DNA of 64,000 nucleotides from Escherichia coli (GTDB lineage Bacteria; Pseudomonadota; Gammaproteobacteria; Enterobacterales; Enterobacteriaceae): NCBI RefSeq assembly GCF_044324785.1, contig NZ_CP172127.1; one strand, 5' to 3'. Shown piece by piece: positions 13,626 to 22,174 of this stretch (position 1 is its first letter; each line of letters starts with the position of its first letter). The notes under the pieces were generated by a model. It saw only the letters and a program-made list of their open reading frames with translations, ran no database searches and was not told where the DNA came from. The position numbers and the translations under genes were made by a program.

Positions 13626-15152
13626 TTAGAAATAAATCTCACCATCAACCATATATTTGAGAGCACTTATCGCCTGCTGGGCGGATATTACTTTCATTAA
13701 AGGATAGTGTTTAAAAACAATGCCATTCATAAAATAGATATCACAGGTTTTATTATCCGTATTAATTATGATTTTTTCGAATGTTTTATAGGCAAGTGTA
13801 CGGCATAACTCTCGTCCATTTTTACTGGTTAAGTCAATAGCATAAAAATCACTGAATGAATTTACACCTTTACTCTTCAAAGTTTTCAATGATACCGAAG
13901 CCCTTCGTAATTCCTTATCTAATAGTCTTATTTTCTCTGCTATAGCGGTAACTTCAGGCGCGACAGACAATGCAACGATTAAATTATTAATTTTCATCTG
14001 AAGCTCAATAATTTTTAACTCTAAAGTTTCATTAGCATCTTTCTTGTTTTCAACTGGTTGAATTTTGCTACAATTAAAAAGCAATTCATTAATGATATTA
14101 TAATCAACCAAATCTCTTTTTATTGATGGCCTGTCACATCGATGTAATCTTCTCATCGGACAAACATAATAGCCATGCAAACTTCCAGATACCGCATGAA
14201 CAATCATGGTATTACCACAAGCCTCACACTTCATAACTGTTCGAAGTAGATTTATTAGCATAGGATTCTTGCTACTATTGCTAATACCAAAAGGTGCCAA
14301 CCGAATTTCCTGTACAGCGTAAAACAAATCATCTGATATGACTCTGGGATAATAGCCAGCGATTTCACTTATCCCTTTCCCTCTTGCACGATATGAAGGT
14401 ACGCATATACCTATCAGAGCTTTATTCGCTAATAATTTTTCAATTACAGAAGGTCCCCATGCACTTTCTTTTCCTGAGAAATTCTTTACAGCATGATCAT
14501 TTAAATACTTGGCTATTGCATTCAATGAGCGCCTTTCCATCCTGAGTTTAAAAATTAGCTCAATAGTTTTCACCCTGTCGGGGTCTGGAACAAAAGCCGT
14601 TCTTTTGTCATCTAAGGAGAGCCATCTCGGACAAGACGCCGTCATAATCGTACCTGATTCCAGTGCATCCTGCCGTTTTTTCTTCCATGATAATTTAACC
14701 CGACTTGACTTTATCTCGCTTTCTTCATTTGCCCTTTGTGCTATAAGTATGGCTTTTATTAATGAATATGGCTCATTCAAAGAGTCAATATTATAGACTG
14801 TATTGTCGCAAAGAGTTATAACATCAATACCGTGATTCAAAATCAATTTCAGACGTTCAATCGCTTCACCGACTTTTTCTCTTGAAAGTCTGTCCAGACT
14901 TTCAACTAACAATGTAGTTCCTGGCAATATATAACCATGCTCTATAGCATCTAAAAATTCCGAAAAAGCTCCTGATTGTGCATGCTTTCCTTTGAATGCA
15001 CTTAATCCTAAATCTTCATATGTTATGGTATCAAGATAATAATCACTATTTACCTTTAACCATTCAGCAATAAGTCTTCTCTGTCGGTTTAATGAGTCAC
15101 CAGACATCTGACCTGGTGATGAAAATCGCATATATGCTATGGCTTTTTTCAT
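13626..15152 (-). CDS. ybcK: Large serine recombinase family protein YbcK
   Basis: 508 aa; N-terminal resolvase-type domain (YMRFSSPGQ catalytic Ser context), Cys-rich recombinase domain. Confidence 0.8.
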   Translation of the reverse strand: MKKAIAYMRFSSPGQMSGDSLNRQRRLIAEWLKVNSDYYLDTITYEDLGLSAFKGKHAQSGAFSEFLDAIEHGYILPGTTLLVESLDRLSREKVGEAIERLKLILNHGIDVITLCDNTVYNIDSLNEPYSLIKAILIAQRANEESEIKSSRVKLSWKKKRQDALESGTIMTASCPRWLSLDDKRTAFVPDPDRVKTIELIFKLRMERRSLNAIAKYLNDHAVKNFSGKESAWGPSVIEKLLANKALIGICVPSYRARGKGISEIAGYYPRVISDDLFYAVQEIRLAPFGISNSSKNPMLINLLRTVMKCEACGNTMIVHAVSGSLHGYYVCPMRRLHRCDRPSIKRDLVDYNIINELLFNCSKIQPVENKKDANETLELKIIELQMKINNLIVALSVAPEVTAIAEKIRLLDKELRRASVSLKTLKSKGVNSFSDFYAIDLTSKNGRELCRTLAYKTFEKIIINTDNKTCDIYFMNGIVFKHYPLMKVISAQQAISALKYMVDGEIYF

Positions 15153-15406
15153 GGTGACACCTGCTAACGTATGCTTTTATAAACCTTAGTGGTGGGATAT
15201 AATTTTTGTTTAATTTTTATTTAAAAAGACAATTAAGGTCACATTATCTTGAATATACAACAATAATCGTATTGCAATTTTCTTACGCCATAATCTTGAA
15301 AGCACAAAAGAATACATAAAAAATAAAGATATTAACAAAAAGCATAAAACGAGGCTCATATAAATATAAGAGCCTCCATATTTTAGTCGTTTAGAAACAA
15401 ATTATT

Positions 15407-15739
15407 TTAATGTGGTGTGCTTCGTGACAATAAATTAATAACCAACACACCGGCACAAATCAACATCATGCCTATAATGGCTGGCAGGTCCAGCCGTTGG
15501 CCGAAAAATCCCCATGACAGTAAACTAATCAGGACAATACCGACTCCTGACCAGATAGCATAAGCAATCCCTGTAGGAATATAAGCCAGCGTCTGAGCTA
15601 ATAACCAGAATGATGCACAATAACAAATAATTGTACCAACAGATGGCCATAACCGTGTAAAACCTTCTGAAAACTTCATTAAGGTTGTACCAATGACCTC
15701 TGCAAGTATTGCACCACCAAGATAAATATAAGGGTTCAT
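15407..15739 (-). CDS. emrE: SMR multidrug efflux transporter EmrE
   Basis: 110 aa MNPYIYLGGAILAEVIGTTLMKFSEGF..., four TM helices. Confidence 0.85.
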   Translation of the reverse strand: MNPYIYLGGAILAEVIGTTLMKFSEGFTRLWPSVGTIICYCASFWLLAQTLAYIPTGIAYAIWSGVGIVLISLLSWGFFGQRLDLPAIIGMMLICAGVLVINLLSRSTPH

Positions 15740-15806
15740 AGCATATTCTTTCCTGTTCAAACTGGAGAGAATTGTACTACAGTTTGAACTCAACTCACCT
15801 GTTTCA

Positions 15807-16109
15807 TCATTGTGTTCCCATTGATGTTCTTTTATATACCCTCAATACCCGTTTCATCGCGGCACTCTGGCGACACTCCTTAAAAATCAGATTCGTGCTC
15901 ACCTTTCCTTCCCGTTCTTCTCTGGTAGCGAACCGGTAATACACCGTTCGCCAGACCTTACCATCAACGACCAGGATTCCTGCCCGCGCCATTTTAGCCG
16001 CAGCCTGATTTATGCTGGTTACGGTTGCGCCTGTTACCGCGGCAACGTCCTGTGCACAGAAGCTCTTATGCGTCCCCAGGTAATGAATAATTGCCTCTTT
16101 GCCCGTCAT
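15807..16109 (-). CDS. ren: Ren (Rex-exclusion resistance protein, lambda-like)
   Basis: 100 aa MTGKEAIIHYLGTH..., immediately downstream of P. Confidence 0.7.
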   Translation of the reverse strand: MTGKEAIIHYLGTHKSFCAQDVAAVTGATVTSINQAAAKMARAGILVVDGKVWRTVYYRFATREEREGKVSTNLIFKECRQSAAMKRVLRVYKRTSMGTQ

Positions 16110-16807
16110 ACACTTGCTCCTTTCAGTCCGAACTTAGCTTTAATTTCTGCGATCTTCGCCAGAGCCTGTGCACGATTTAGAGGTCTACCGCCCATAACAG
16201 GAAGTTGTTTTACTGGTTCAGGTATCGTCTCACCACGGTTAATTCGCGCTGTCATACAGGTCAGTTCATCGGCAGCCTTGCGCCGTAATTCCGCGTCAGT
16301 CAGCGCATTGGCCCGCATGTTCTGGTACAAGTTGGTAACCAACCAGTAATGCGCGTTCGATTTCCACGGATAAGACTCTGCATCCGGATACAGGCCACGC
16401 TTCCGGCAATACTCGTAAACCATATCAACCAGCTCGCTGACGTTTGGCAGCCCGGCGTTAACAGATGCTTCTTCCCGGCACCAGGCGACAAACTGCCCGG
16501 GTGATGGCAGGAATGGTCGATTCTGCCGACGGGCTACGCGCATTCCAGCGTTAACCTGTTCCATTGTGGTGATCCCGCTTTCCCGGAAAGCCAGAACCCA
16601 CTGGCGGCGGATTTCGTTCAGTTCATTCTGGTCACGGTTAGCCAGGCTCGCCGGGAAAGTTGCCAGTAACTGGCTGAACACACCGTTGATGATCTGCGCT
16701 ACCTGCTGTACCTGTGGCTTTTCGTCGTACTGTTCCGGCATGTTGTTGGCGATCCGGCGCATCTGCTCACAGTCAAAGTTAACCATCTGTGCGGCGATGT
16801 TTTTCAT
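16106..16807 (-). CDS. P: Replication protein P (DnaB helicase loader)
   Basis: 233 aa, close to remembered lambda P along its length. Confidence 0.9.
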   Translation of the reverse strand: MKNIAAQMVNFDCEQMRRIANNMPEQYDEKPQVQQVAQIINGVFSQLLATFPASLANRDQNELNEIRRQWVLAFRESGITTMEQVNAGMRVARRQNRPFLPSPGQFVAWCREEASVNAGLPNVSELVDMVYEYCRKRGLYPDAESYPWKSNAHYWLVTNLYQNMRANALTDAELRRKAADELTCMTARINRGETIPEPVKQLPVMGGRPLNRAQALAKIAEIKAKFGLKGASV

Positions 16808-17823
16808 AGCTCCACCCCGTAAATCCAGTCAGTGTTCGTCAGGTCGAGTTTTGGTTTGCCGGCTGTCACGCCAGCCTGTTGCTTGTTTCGGTTGATTTCG
16901 AGCTGGGTCCACTTGTCGCGGAGTTTGGCCGGACTTAGCACGTTACCGGACCAGAAGTTGTCCTGGCATGCCCAGCGGAACAGCACGCACATGTCGCGGT
17001 GGTTACGTCCGTCACGTTCACGCATCAGGCGGATATCGTTAGCCCACCCTGCAAAATTCGGTTTTCTGGCTGATGGCGCGATGGTCTTCACCATGTCAAA
17101 CATCCACTCTGCGGCGGTCAGGTCTTCTGCTGTCCCCCACTTGCTGCCGCTCTGAATTGCAGCATCCGGTTTCACCACAGGAAGATCGTTTTCTGGTTGG
17201 TCAGAGGATTCGCCAGAATTCTCGGACGAAAAAGGTTTTATATTGTCTTTTGTTAGTTTGTCTTTTGTGTTTACCTGATTCGGGTAAACGCCTTTACCTG
17301 ATTTGGGTAAACTTTTTTTACCTGATTCAGGTAAATTTACCTCTTTCAGGTAAACTTTATTTTTCTTACCTGATTCGGGTAATGTTGACCATTCACTGAC
17401 CACATTATTAATGCCGGTATTCCGCCCGCTCTGAATAAAAATCCCACGCTTTACCAGAACACTTTTTGCAGCAGAACACTTGTGCGGCAATATCCCGGTT
17501 AACTCGGAAAGTTGCTCGTTGCTCACCCAATCCAGTTTTTTATTAAAGCCATATGTTTTGCGCATGACAGCCAGGAAGACCAGAAGCTGGTGCTGTGTTA
17601 ATCCGGCCAGCATTACAGCTTCCAGCAACTCATTTGCAATGCGCGTATAACCATCATCGAGATCTGCCACGCGCGGCTCCTTTTGTGCCACATCCGGCAC
17701 TGGAAAATTGAATATCTCAGCAGTGTTTGCCATAATTCCTCCCGCAATGAGTGCGTTACGATTTGCACCTGAAAGTCGGCTCTGTTCCCGCAGACCGGCT
17801 TTCGCCATTTTTGAACCTGTCAT
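16804..17823 (-). CDS. O: Replication initiator O (contains ori iterons); start alternatively at 17733
   Basis: 339-aa ORF; from the Met at 17733 (MANTAEIFNF...) it aligns with the lambda O N-terminus; iteron-encoded repeat segment inside. Confidence 0.85.
   Translation of the reverse strand: MTGSKMAKAGLREQSRLSGANRNALIAGGIMANTAEIFNFPVPDVAQKEPRVADLDDGYTRIANELLEAVMLAGLTQHQLLVFLAVMRKTYGFNKKLDWVSNEQLSELTGILPHKCSAAKSVLVKRGIFIQSGRNTGINNVVSEWSTLPESGKKNKVYLKEVNLPESGKKSLPKSGKGVYPNQVNTKDKLTKDNIKPFSSENSGESSDQPENDLPVVKPDAAIQSGSKWGTAEDLTAAEWMFDMVKTIAPSARKPNFAGWANDIRLMRERDGRNHRDMCVLFRWACQDNFWSGNVLSPAKLRDKWTQLEINRNKQQAGVTAGKPKLDLTNTDWIYGVEL
17271..17384. repeat. Origin of replication iterons (ori-lambda type, about 5 copies of TTACCTGATTCGGGTAAAC-like repeat)
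   Basis: Direct repeats read in sequence inside the O gene, followed by AT-rich stretch. Confidence 0.75.
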
Positions 17824-18359
17824 ATTGCCCCCAGCATGGCGGTGACCATCGCCATCAATGGACCAGCCAGATCCGGGTCCACTCGAAACATCGACACAAT
17901 GCCTTCACTCATCTCCTTCAGTTTCTGGTGGCGTGGTGCGTTGAGAATGACCGCCTGCTTTGCCTCACAGAGTTCCTTTTCCATTTCAGCCAGCCGAGCC
18001 ATGAAGCTATCCTGCTCAACCAGGTGGCCGCGATATTCCAGCGGTAGTACCGCCAGAATTGCCGGGGTCAGTTCACGCACGTTATTTCGGTATTTTTCAG
18101 AATCGAATTTGTTATCGAGGAAGCGGAACAGCTTCTGGCGTGCACGGCTGACATCATCAGGGAAATCGATAGTGCCGCCGCCCTGCTCCCGATACTCATT
18201 CACAATGAGTGTGGCAACGACATCCTGATTATCTTCAGCCGACCAGGCGCGGACGGCATCACGGATTTTTTCGTGGCCTGGCACCTGTTTTGTTTGAGAA
18301 CGATTTATCACCGCAGTCGGGCTAAATCCGCTAGTCTGTTGGTATGTAAGTGGTTGCAT
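17820..18359 (-). CDS. CII-like lysogeny regulator (CP76/YdaT-type), in the cII position
   Basis: 179-aa ORF between cro-like gene and O; start of O overlaps its stop (ATGA); family assignment from position and weak remembered similarity. Confidence 0.4.
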   Translation of the reverse strand: MQPLTYQQTSGFSPTAVINRSQTKQVPGHEKIRDAVRAWSAEDNQDVVATLIVNEYREQGGGTIDFPDDVSRARQKLFRFLDNKFDSEKYRNNVRELTPAILAVLPLEYRGHLVEQDSFMARLAEMEKELCEAKQAVILNAPRHQKLKEMSEGIVSMFRVDPDLAGPLMAMVTAMLGAI

Positions 18360-18428
18360 AATTGACTCCTTTAGTTTGAATTGACTGTTAAGTTGATTGC
18401 TTATTGTTAAAGAGCGTGAAATGGAAAT

Positions 18429-18659
18429 TTAAGCTGCGTTCTTTTCGGTGTGTGGAAACAACTTCGGAAGATCCGGGCGAATCTGGTATGCCTTCACTAC
18501 TCCACCAGTAGCCGTAACAATGCTGCCGACATGTTCAGGGGATACCTTTGCTTTGTTGTGAAGCCACTTATAGACGGCCTGCTGTGAAACTTCGCAGGCA
18601 GCGCCCAGTTTCTTTTGTGAACCAACGATATTGATCGCTGTTTTGATAGCTGGGTTCAT
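18429..18659 (-). CDS. cro: Cro-like HTH repressor (YdaS/Cro family)
   Basis: 76 aa with HTH, divergent from cI across the operator region, GGAGG RBS. Confidence 0.6.
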   Translation of the reverse strand: MNPAIKTAINIVGSQKKLGAACEVSQQAVYKWLHNKAKVSPEHVGSIVTATGGVVKAYQIRPDLPKLFPHTEKNAA

Positions 18660-18692
18660 AACAACCTCCGTGGTTAATTTGAATCAAGATTA

Positions 18693-18756
18693 AAACTATG
18701 GTTGTTTTTAGTCAACAACCATTTTCGTTTGATGGAATAAAACCTTGGTTGTACAT
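18693..18756. promoter_or_regulatory. OR-type operator cluster with divergent pR/pRM promoters (three related 17-bp sites)
   Basis: AAAACTATGGTTGTTTT at 18693-18709 and two degenerate copies; near-identical copy recurs at the OL position 20507-20523. Confidence 0.55.
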
Positions 18757-18763
18757 TTGGACT

Positions 18764-19453
18764 ATGAAAACAACACTCTCAGAAAGACTTAAAGAAGCCA
18801 GATTAGCGCGAGGCCTTACACAAAAGGCGCTTGGGGATTTGGTCGGGGTTAGCCAAGCTGCTATTCAGAAAATCGAAACAGGGAAAGCTAACCAAACAAC
18901 TAAAATCGTGGAGATCGCGAACGCTTTGGGTGTGCGCGCAGAATGGTTATCTTCTGGCGTTGGAAATATGTCAGACAGTACAGTGCAACCAATACCATCA
19001 ACTGTCAGCCATTCCAAATACTTTAAGATTGACGTTCTTGATATAGAAGTGAGTGCCGGGCCGGGAGTCATCAACCGTGAGTTTGTAGAAGTTCTACGCT
19101 CGGTTGAGTACTCGTTTGACGATGCTCGTCACATGTTCGATGGTAGGAAGGCAGAAAATATCCGCATCATTAACGTACGCGGTGACAGCATGTCAGGAAC
19201 GATCGAACCAGGTGATCTGCTGTTCGTTGATATCACGGTTAAATCTTTCGACGGTGATGGTATCTATGCGTTTCTGTATGACGACACCGCCCATGTAAAG
19301 CGCCTGCAAATGATGAAGGATAAGCTACTGGTTATCTCTGATAACAAGAGCTACTCACCGTGGGACCCGATCGAGAAAGACGAGATGAACCGGGTATTCA
19401 TATTCGGTAAGGTTATTGGGAGCATGCCGCAGACGTACAGAAAACACGGATAA
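18764..19453 (+). CDS. cI: CI repressor (XRE HTH plus S24 LexA-like autopeptidase domain)
   Basis: 229 aa from MKTTLSERLKEARLARGLTQKALGDLVGVSQAAIQK...; C-terminal Ser/Lys dyad context (GDSMSG...K); no SD, consistent with a leaderless pRM transcript. Confidence 0.8.
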   Translation: MKTTLSERLKEARLARGLTQKALGDLVGVSQAAIQKIETGKANQTTKIVEIANALGVRAEWLSSGVGNMSDSTVQPIPSTVSHSKYFKIDVLDIEVSAGPGVINREFVEVLRSVEYSFDDARHMFDGRKAENIRIINVRGDSMSGTIEPGDLLFVDITVKSFDGDGIYAFLYDDTAHVKRLQMMKDKLLVISDNKSYSPWDPIEKDEMNRVFIFGKVIGSMPQTYRKHG

Positions 19454-19535
19454 TCAGCCGCGTGTTGATGAGGCTTTTGGGTAATACGCTGAAGAAAATA
19501 CCTTATAAAAAATAACATTACGGGAAAGGCAAAAA

Positions 19536-19799
19536 ATGAGTAATAAAACACTTGTTAAAAAATCAAATAACTGTGTCGATGCATACGCCGACGCGTTTGG
19601 CTACTCTTCGTTTGGTGACGGCTCTCAGCGCCTAGGTTCAATTTCTTTTTTTCATAATGTAACTGAATGGCCTGTTGATGAAAGTGACGATGTTGAGAAC
19701 ATAAAGTACAACATTGCAACCATTAGAATGCCCGAAGAATTGATGCTTAAATTGGCTGACTTCATTCGCGACCAGCATGACAAAGCTAAAACAAACTAA
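19536..19799 (+). CDS. Hypothetical acidic cytoplasmic protein (first gene of rex-position cassette)
   Basis: 87-aa ORF with RBS; AT-rich; immediately downstream of cI on the same strand. Confidence 0.5.
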   Translation: MSNKTLVKKSNNCVDAYADAFGYSSFGDGSQRLGSISFFHNVTEWPVDESDDVENIKYNIATIRMPEELMLKLADFIRDQHDKAKTN

Positions 19800-19811
19800 T
19801 CGTAATTAATT

Positions 19812-20255
19812 ATGAAACACGATTATTACGAAGCTCCAAACCTAAATGATAAAATTGCAAAGGCGGCAGAATCATTTTGTTTGCACTCCAGTGCGTCTTC
19901 CCAGCTAGCAGGTATATCTGGAAAAAGATGGGACATGCTACAATCAAGTGGTAGCAGTGGGTCTGGGAGTGATAACATGCCTGAAAAAGTTGCAAAACTG
20001 GAGTCCGATGTTGCTCATATCAAACGAGACGTTGATGAACTTAAAACAGACGTTAAAGCTATCGACAAAAATATGATAACTATTCTTGCACGTCTGGACT
20101 CTATAAAAGAATCCTTAACAAACAAGCCATCAAGTGATGCTGTCGATAGAAAGATTTCAGACGCAAAGCTTGCGGTATTGCTTGGTGTTCCAGCAATCAT
20201 CGCTGCAGGAACAGGACTTTATAAGCTATCAATGTACTTTTTCTTTAGTGCTTAA
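19812..20255 (+). CDS. Hypothetical tail-anchored membrane protein with coiled coil (second gene of rex-position cassette)
   Basis: 147 aa; Gly/Ser linker, predicted coiled coil (KVAKLESDVAHIKRDVDELKTDVKAIDKNM), single C-terminal TM (LAVLLGVPAIIAAGTGLYKLSMYFFF). Confidence 0.5.
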   Translation: MKHDYYEAPNLNDKIAKAAESFCLHSSASSQLAGISGKRWDMLQSSGSSGSGSDNMPEKVAKLESDVAHIKRDVDELKTDVKAIDKNMITILARLDSIKESLTNKPSSDAVDRKISDAKLAVLLGVPAIIAAGTGLYKLSMYFFFSA

Positions 20256-20332
20256 GAAAATGCTCGCACCCTTGCATTAGGTAAAGCGATTTTTCATTCC
20301 CCATTACCCTCGCTCTTAACCAATCATCTAAA

Positions 20333-20359
20333 CCCGGCCACCGTGCCGGGTTTTCTTTT
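20333..20359 (+). terminator. Intrinsic terminator after rex-position cassette (tIMM-like)
   Basis: Hairpin CCCGGC-6nt-GCCGGG followed by TTTTCTTTT; preceded by a boxA-like CGCTCTTAA at 20311-20319. Confidence 0.55.
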
Positions 20360-20470
20360 GCCCTCCCCTCATCACACACCGTTCAAAAAACCACCACGAC
20401 CTCGCTTCAGTTATCGCTATGCGATGCAAGTCACAAAATAAATCCATCTTAAATACAACCAGTTATATCT

Positions 20471-20530
20471 AAAACAACCAACAAAACAACTTTTGTTGTT
20501 GACGATAAAACAACTATAGTTTTAAATGAA
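20471..20530 (+). promoter_or_regulatory. OL-type operators and pL-like promoter (-35 TTGACG 20499-20504, -10 about 20522-20527)
   Basis: 17-mer AAAACAACTATAGTTTT (20507-20523) is the reverse complement of the OR site with one mismatch; palindromic ACAACTTTTGTTGT adjacent. Confidence 0.5.
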
Positions 20531-20600
20531 TTCATCGCAACAACACAACGATACGGCAATCACCTGATTCACCGTTGCGATGACCGCTTAGATCCGCAGC

Positions 20601-21011
20601 TTGAATTTCAGCAGGCTCCGGGGAGTGCGAGGGGTGAAGCGGACGCGTGAACGTCGGTGTGACCAGCTGAAATCAACTCAACACTTCATACCTCAGTCGC
20701 TTCAACGAGGCGACTTAGTTATGACAACCGGCGGCCATCCACCGCCTGAATACGCGCAGAAGTCTCTATATGTTCAGCAGCCCAGCTTACGGGCAGGAGT
20801 TTTTATGGTTCATCAACATTACGGAACGCAGACCGTTAATCGAGGTGCGGTCATGCCAGGAATGCTGGTCAAACACAAAGATGGTACCTGGACTGCATCA
20901 GCTAATTTACGCGGACGGCTATATCTGCATCGCGGCATCGAGCGCACTTATACCCGTGATTTGCTCGTGGAAGTTTTTCTCGACGGACGCGGTAACGGCC
21001 TGAATCACTAA
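20601..21011 (+). CDS. Putative N-like antitermination protein (arginine-rich N-terminus), start uncertain (TTG at 20601 or ATG at 20721)
   Basis: First ORF downstream of pL; N-terminal GVKRTRERR resembles the lambda N ARM TRRRERR; otherwise no recognised similarity. Confidence 0.3.
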   Translation: MNFSRLRGVRGVKRTRERRCDQLKSTQHFIPQSLQRGDLVMTTGGHPPPEYAQKSLYVQQPSLRAGVFMVHQHYGTQTVNRGAVMPGMLVKHKDGTWTASANLRGRLYLHRGIERTYTRDLLVEVFLDGRGNGLNH

Positions 21012-21086
21012 TCCCCTTTCCTGTTTTCCTAATCAGCCTGGCATTTCGCGGGCGATATTTTCACAGCCATTTTCAGGAGTTCAGCC

Positions 21087-21383
21087 ATGAACGCTTATTA
21101 CATTCAGGATCGTCTTGAGGCTCAGAGCTGGGCGCGTCACTACCAGCAGATCGCCCGTGAAGAGAAAGAGGCAGAACTGGCAGACGACATGGAAAAAGGT
21201 CTGCCCCAGCACCTGTTTGAATCACTCTGCATCGATCATTTGCAACGTCACGGGGCCAGCAAAAAAGCCATTACCCGTGCGTTTGATGACGATGTTGAGT
21301 TTCAGGATCGCATGGCAGAACACATCCGGTACATGGTTGAAACCATTGCTCACCACCAGGTTGATATTGATTCAGAGGTATAA
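21087..21383 (+). CDS. gam: Gam (RecBCD inhibitor), short GamS form
   Basis: 98 aa [39 protein letters not shown]..., matches remembered lambda Gam. Confidence 0.85.
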   Translation: MNAYYIQDRLEAQSWARHYQQIAREEKEAELADDMEKGLPQHLFESLCIDHLQRHGASKKAITRAFDDDVEFQDRMAEHIRYMVETIAHHQVDIDSEV

Positions 21384-21388
21384 AACGG

Positions 21389-22174
21389 ATGAGTACAGCA
21401 CTCGCAACGCTGGCAGGGAAGCTGGCTGAACGTGTCGGCATGGATTCTGTCGACCCACAGGAACTGATCACCACTCTTCGCCAGACGGCATTTAAAGGTG
21501 ATGCCAGCGATGCGCAGTTCATCGCATTGTTGATCGTCGCCAACCAGTACGGCCTTAATCCGTGGACGAAAGAAATTTACGCCTTCCCTGATAAGCAGAA
21601 CGGCATCGTTCCGGTGGTGGGCGTTGATGGCTGGTCCCGCATCATCAATGAAAACCAGCAGTTTGATGGCATGGACTTTGAGCAGGACAATGAATCCTGT
21701 ACATGCCGGATTTACCGCAAGGACCGTAATCATCCGATCTGCGTTACCGAATGGATGGATGAATGCCGCCGCGAACCATTCAAAACTCGCGAAGGCAGAG
21801 AAATCACGGGGCCGTGGCAGTCGCATCCCAAACGGATGTTACGGCATAAAGCCATGATTCAGTGTGCCCGTCTGGCCTTCGGATTTGCTGGTATCTATGA
21901 CAAGGATGAAGCCGAGCGCATTGTCGAAAATACTGCATACACTGCAGAACGTCAGCCAGAACGCGACATCACTCCGGTTAACGATGAAACCATGCAGGAG
22001 ATTAACACTCTGCTGATCGCCCTGGATAAAACATGGGATGACGACTTATTGCCGCTCTGTTCCCAGATATTTCGCCGCGACATTCGCGCATCGTCAGAAC
22101 TGACACAGGCCGAAGCAGTGAAAGCTCTTGGATTCCTGAAACAGAAAGCCACTGAGCAGAAGGTGGCAGCATGA
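21389..22174 (+). CDS. bet: Bet (Red-beta single-strand annealing protein)
   Basis: 261 aa [48 protein letters not shown]... Confidence 0.9.
   Translation: MSTALATLAGKLAERVGMDSVDPQELITTLRQTAFKGDASDAQFIALLIVANQYGLNPWTKEIYAFPDKQNGIVPVVGVDGWSRIINENQQFDGMDFEQDNESCTCRIYRKDRNHPICVTEWMDECRREPFKTREGREITGPWQSHPKRMLRHKAMIQCARLAFGFAGIYDKDEAERIVENTAYTAERQPERDITPVNDETMQEINTLLIALDKTWDDDLLPLCSQIFRRDIRASSELTQAEAVKALGFLKQKATEQKVAA

Noticed and set aside
17271-17384. Short direct repeats that could be mistaken for a CRISPR array
   Set aside because: They are the replication-origin iterons inside the O gene (19-20 bp repeats with no unique spacers), in-frame coding sequence for O
20311-20319. boxA-like CGCTCTTAA immediately before the hairpin at 20333-20359, suggesting a nut site
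   Set aside because: It lies upstream of pL rather than downstream, and the hairpin is followed by a U-run typical of a terminator; interpreted as a tIMM-like terminator with a chance boxA match
20770-21003. 77-aa ORF overlapping the putative N-like ORF in another frame
   Set aside because: Fully nested within the more likely ORF, no RBS; retained only as a note because the true coding frame of this region is uncertain
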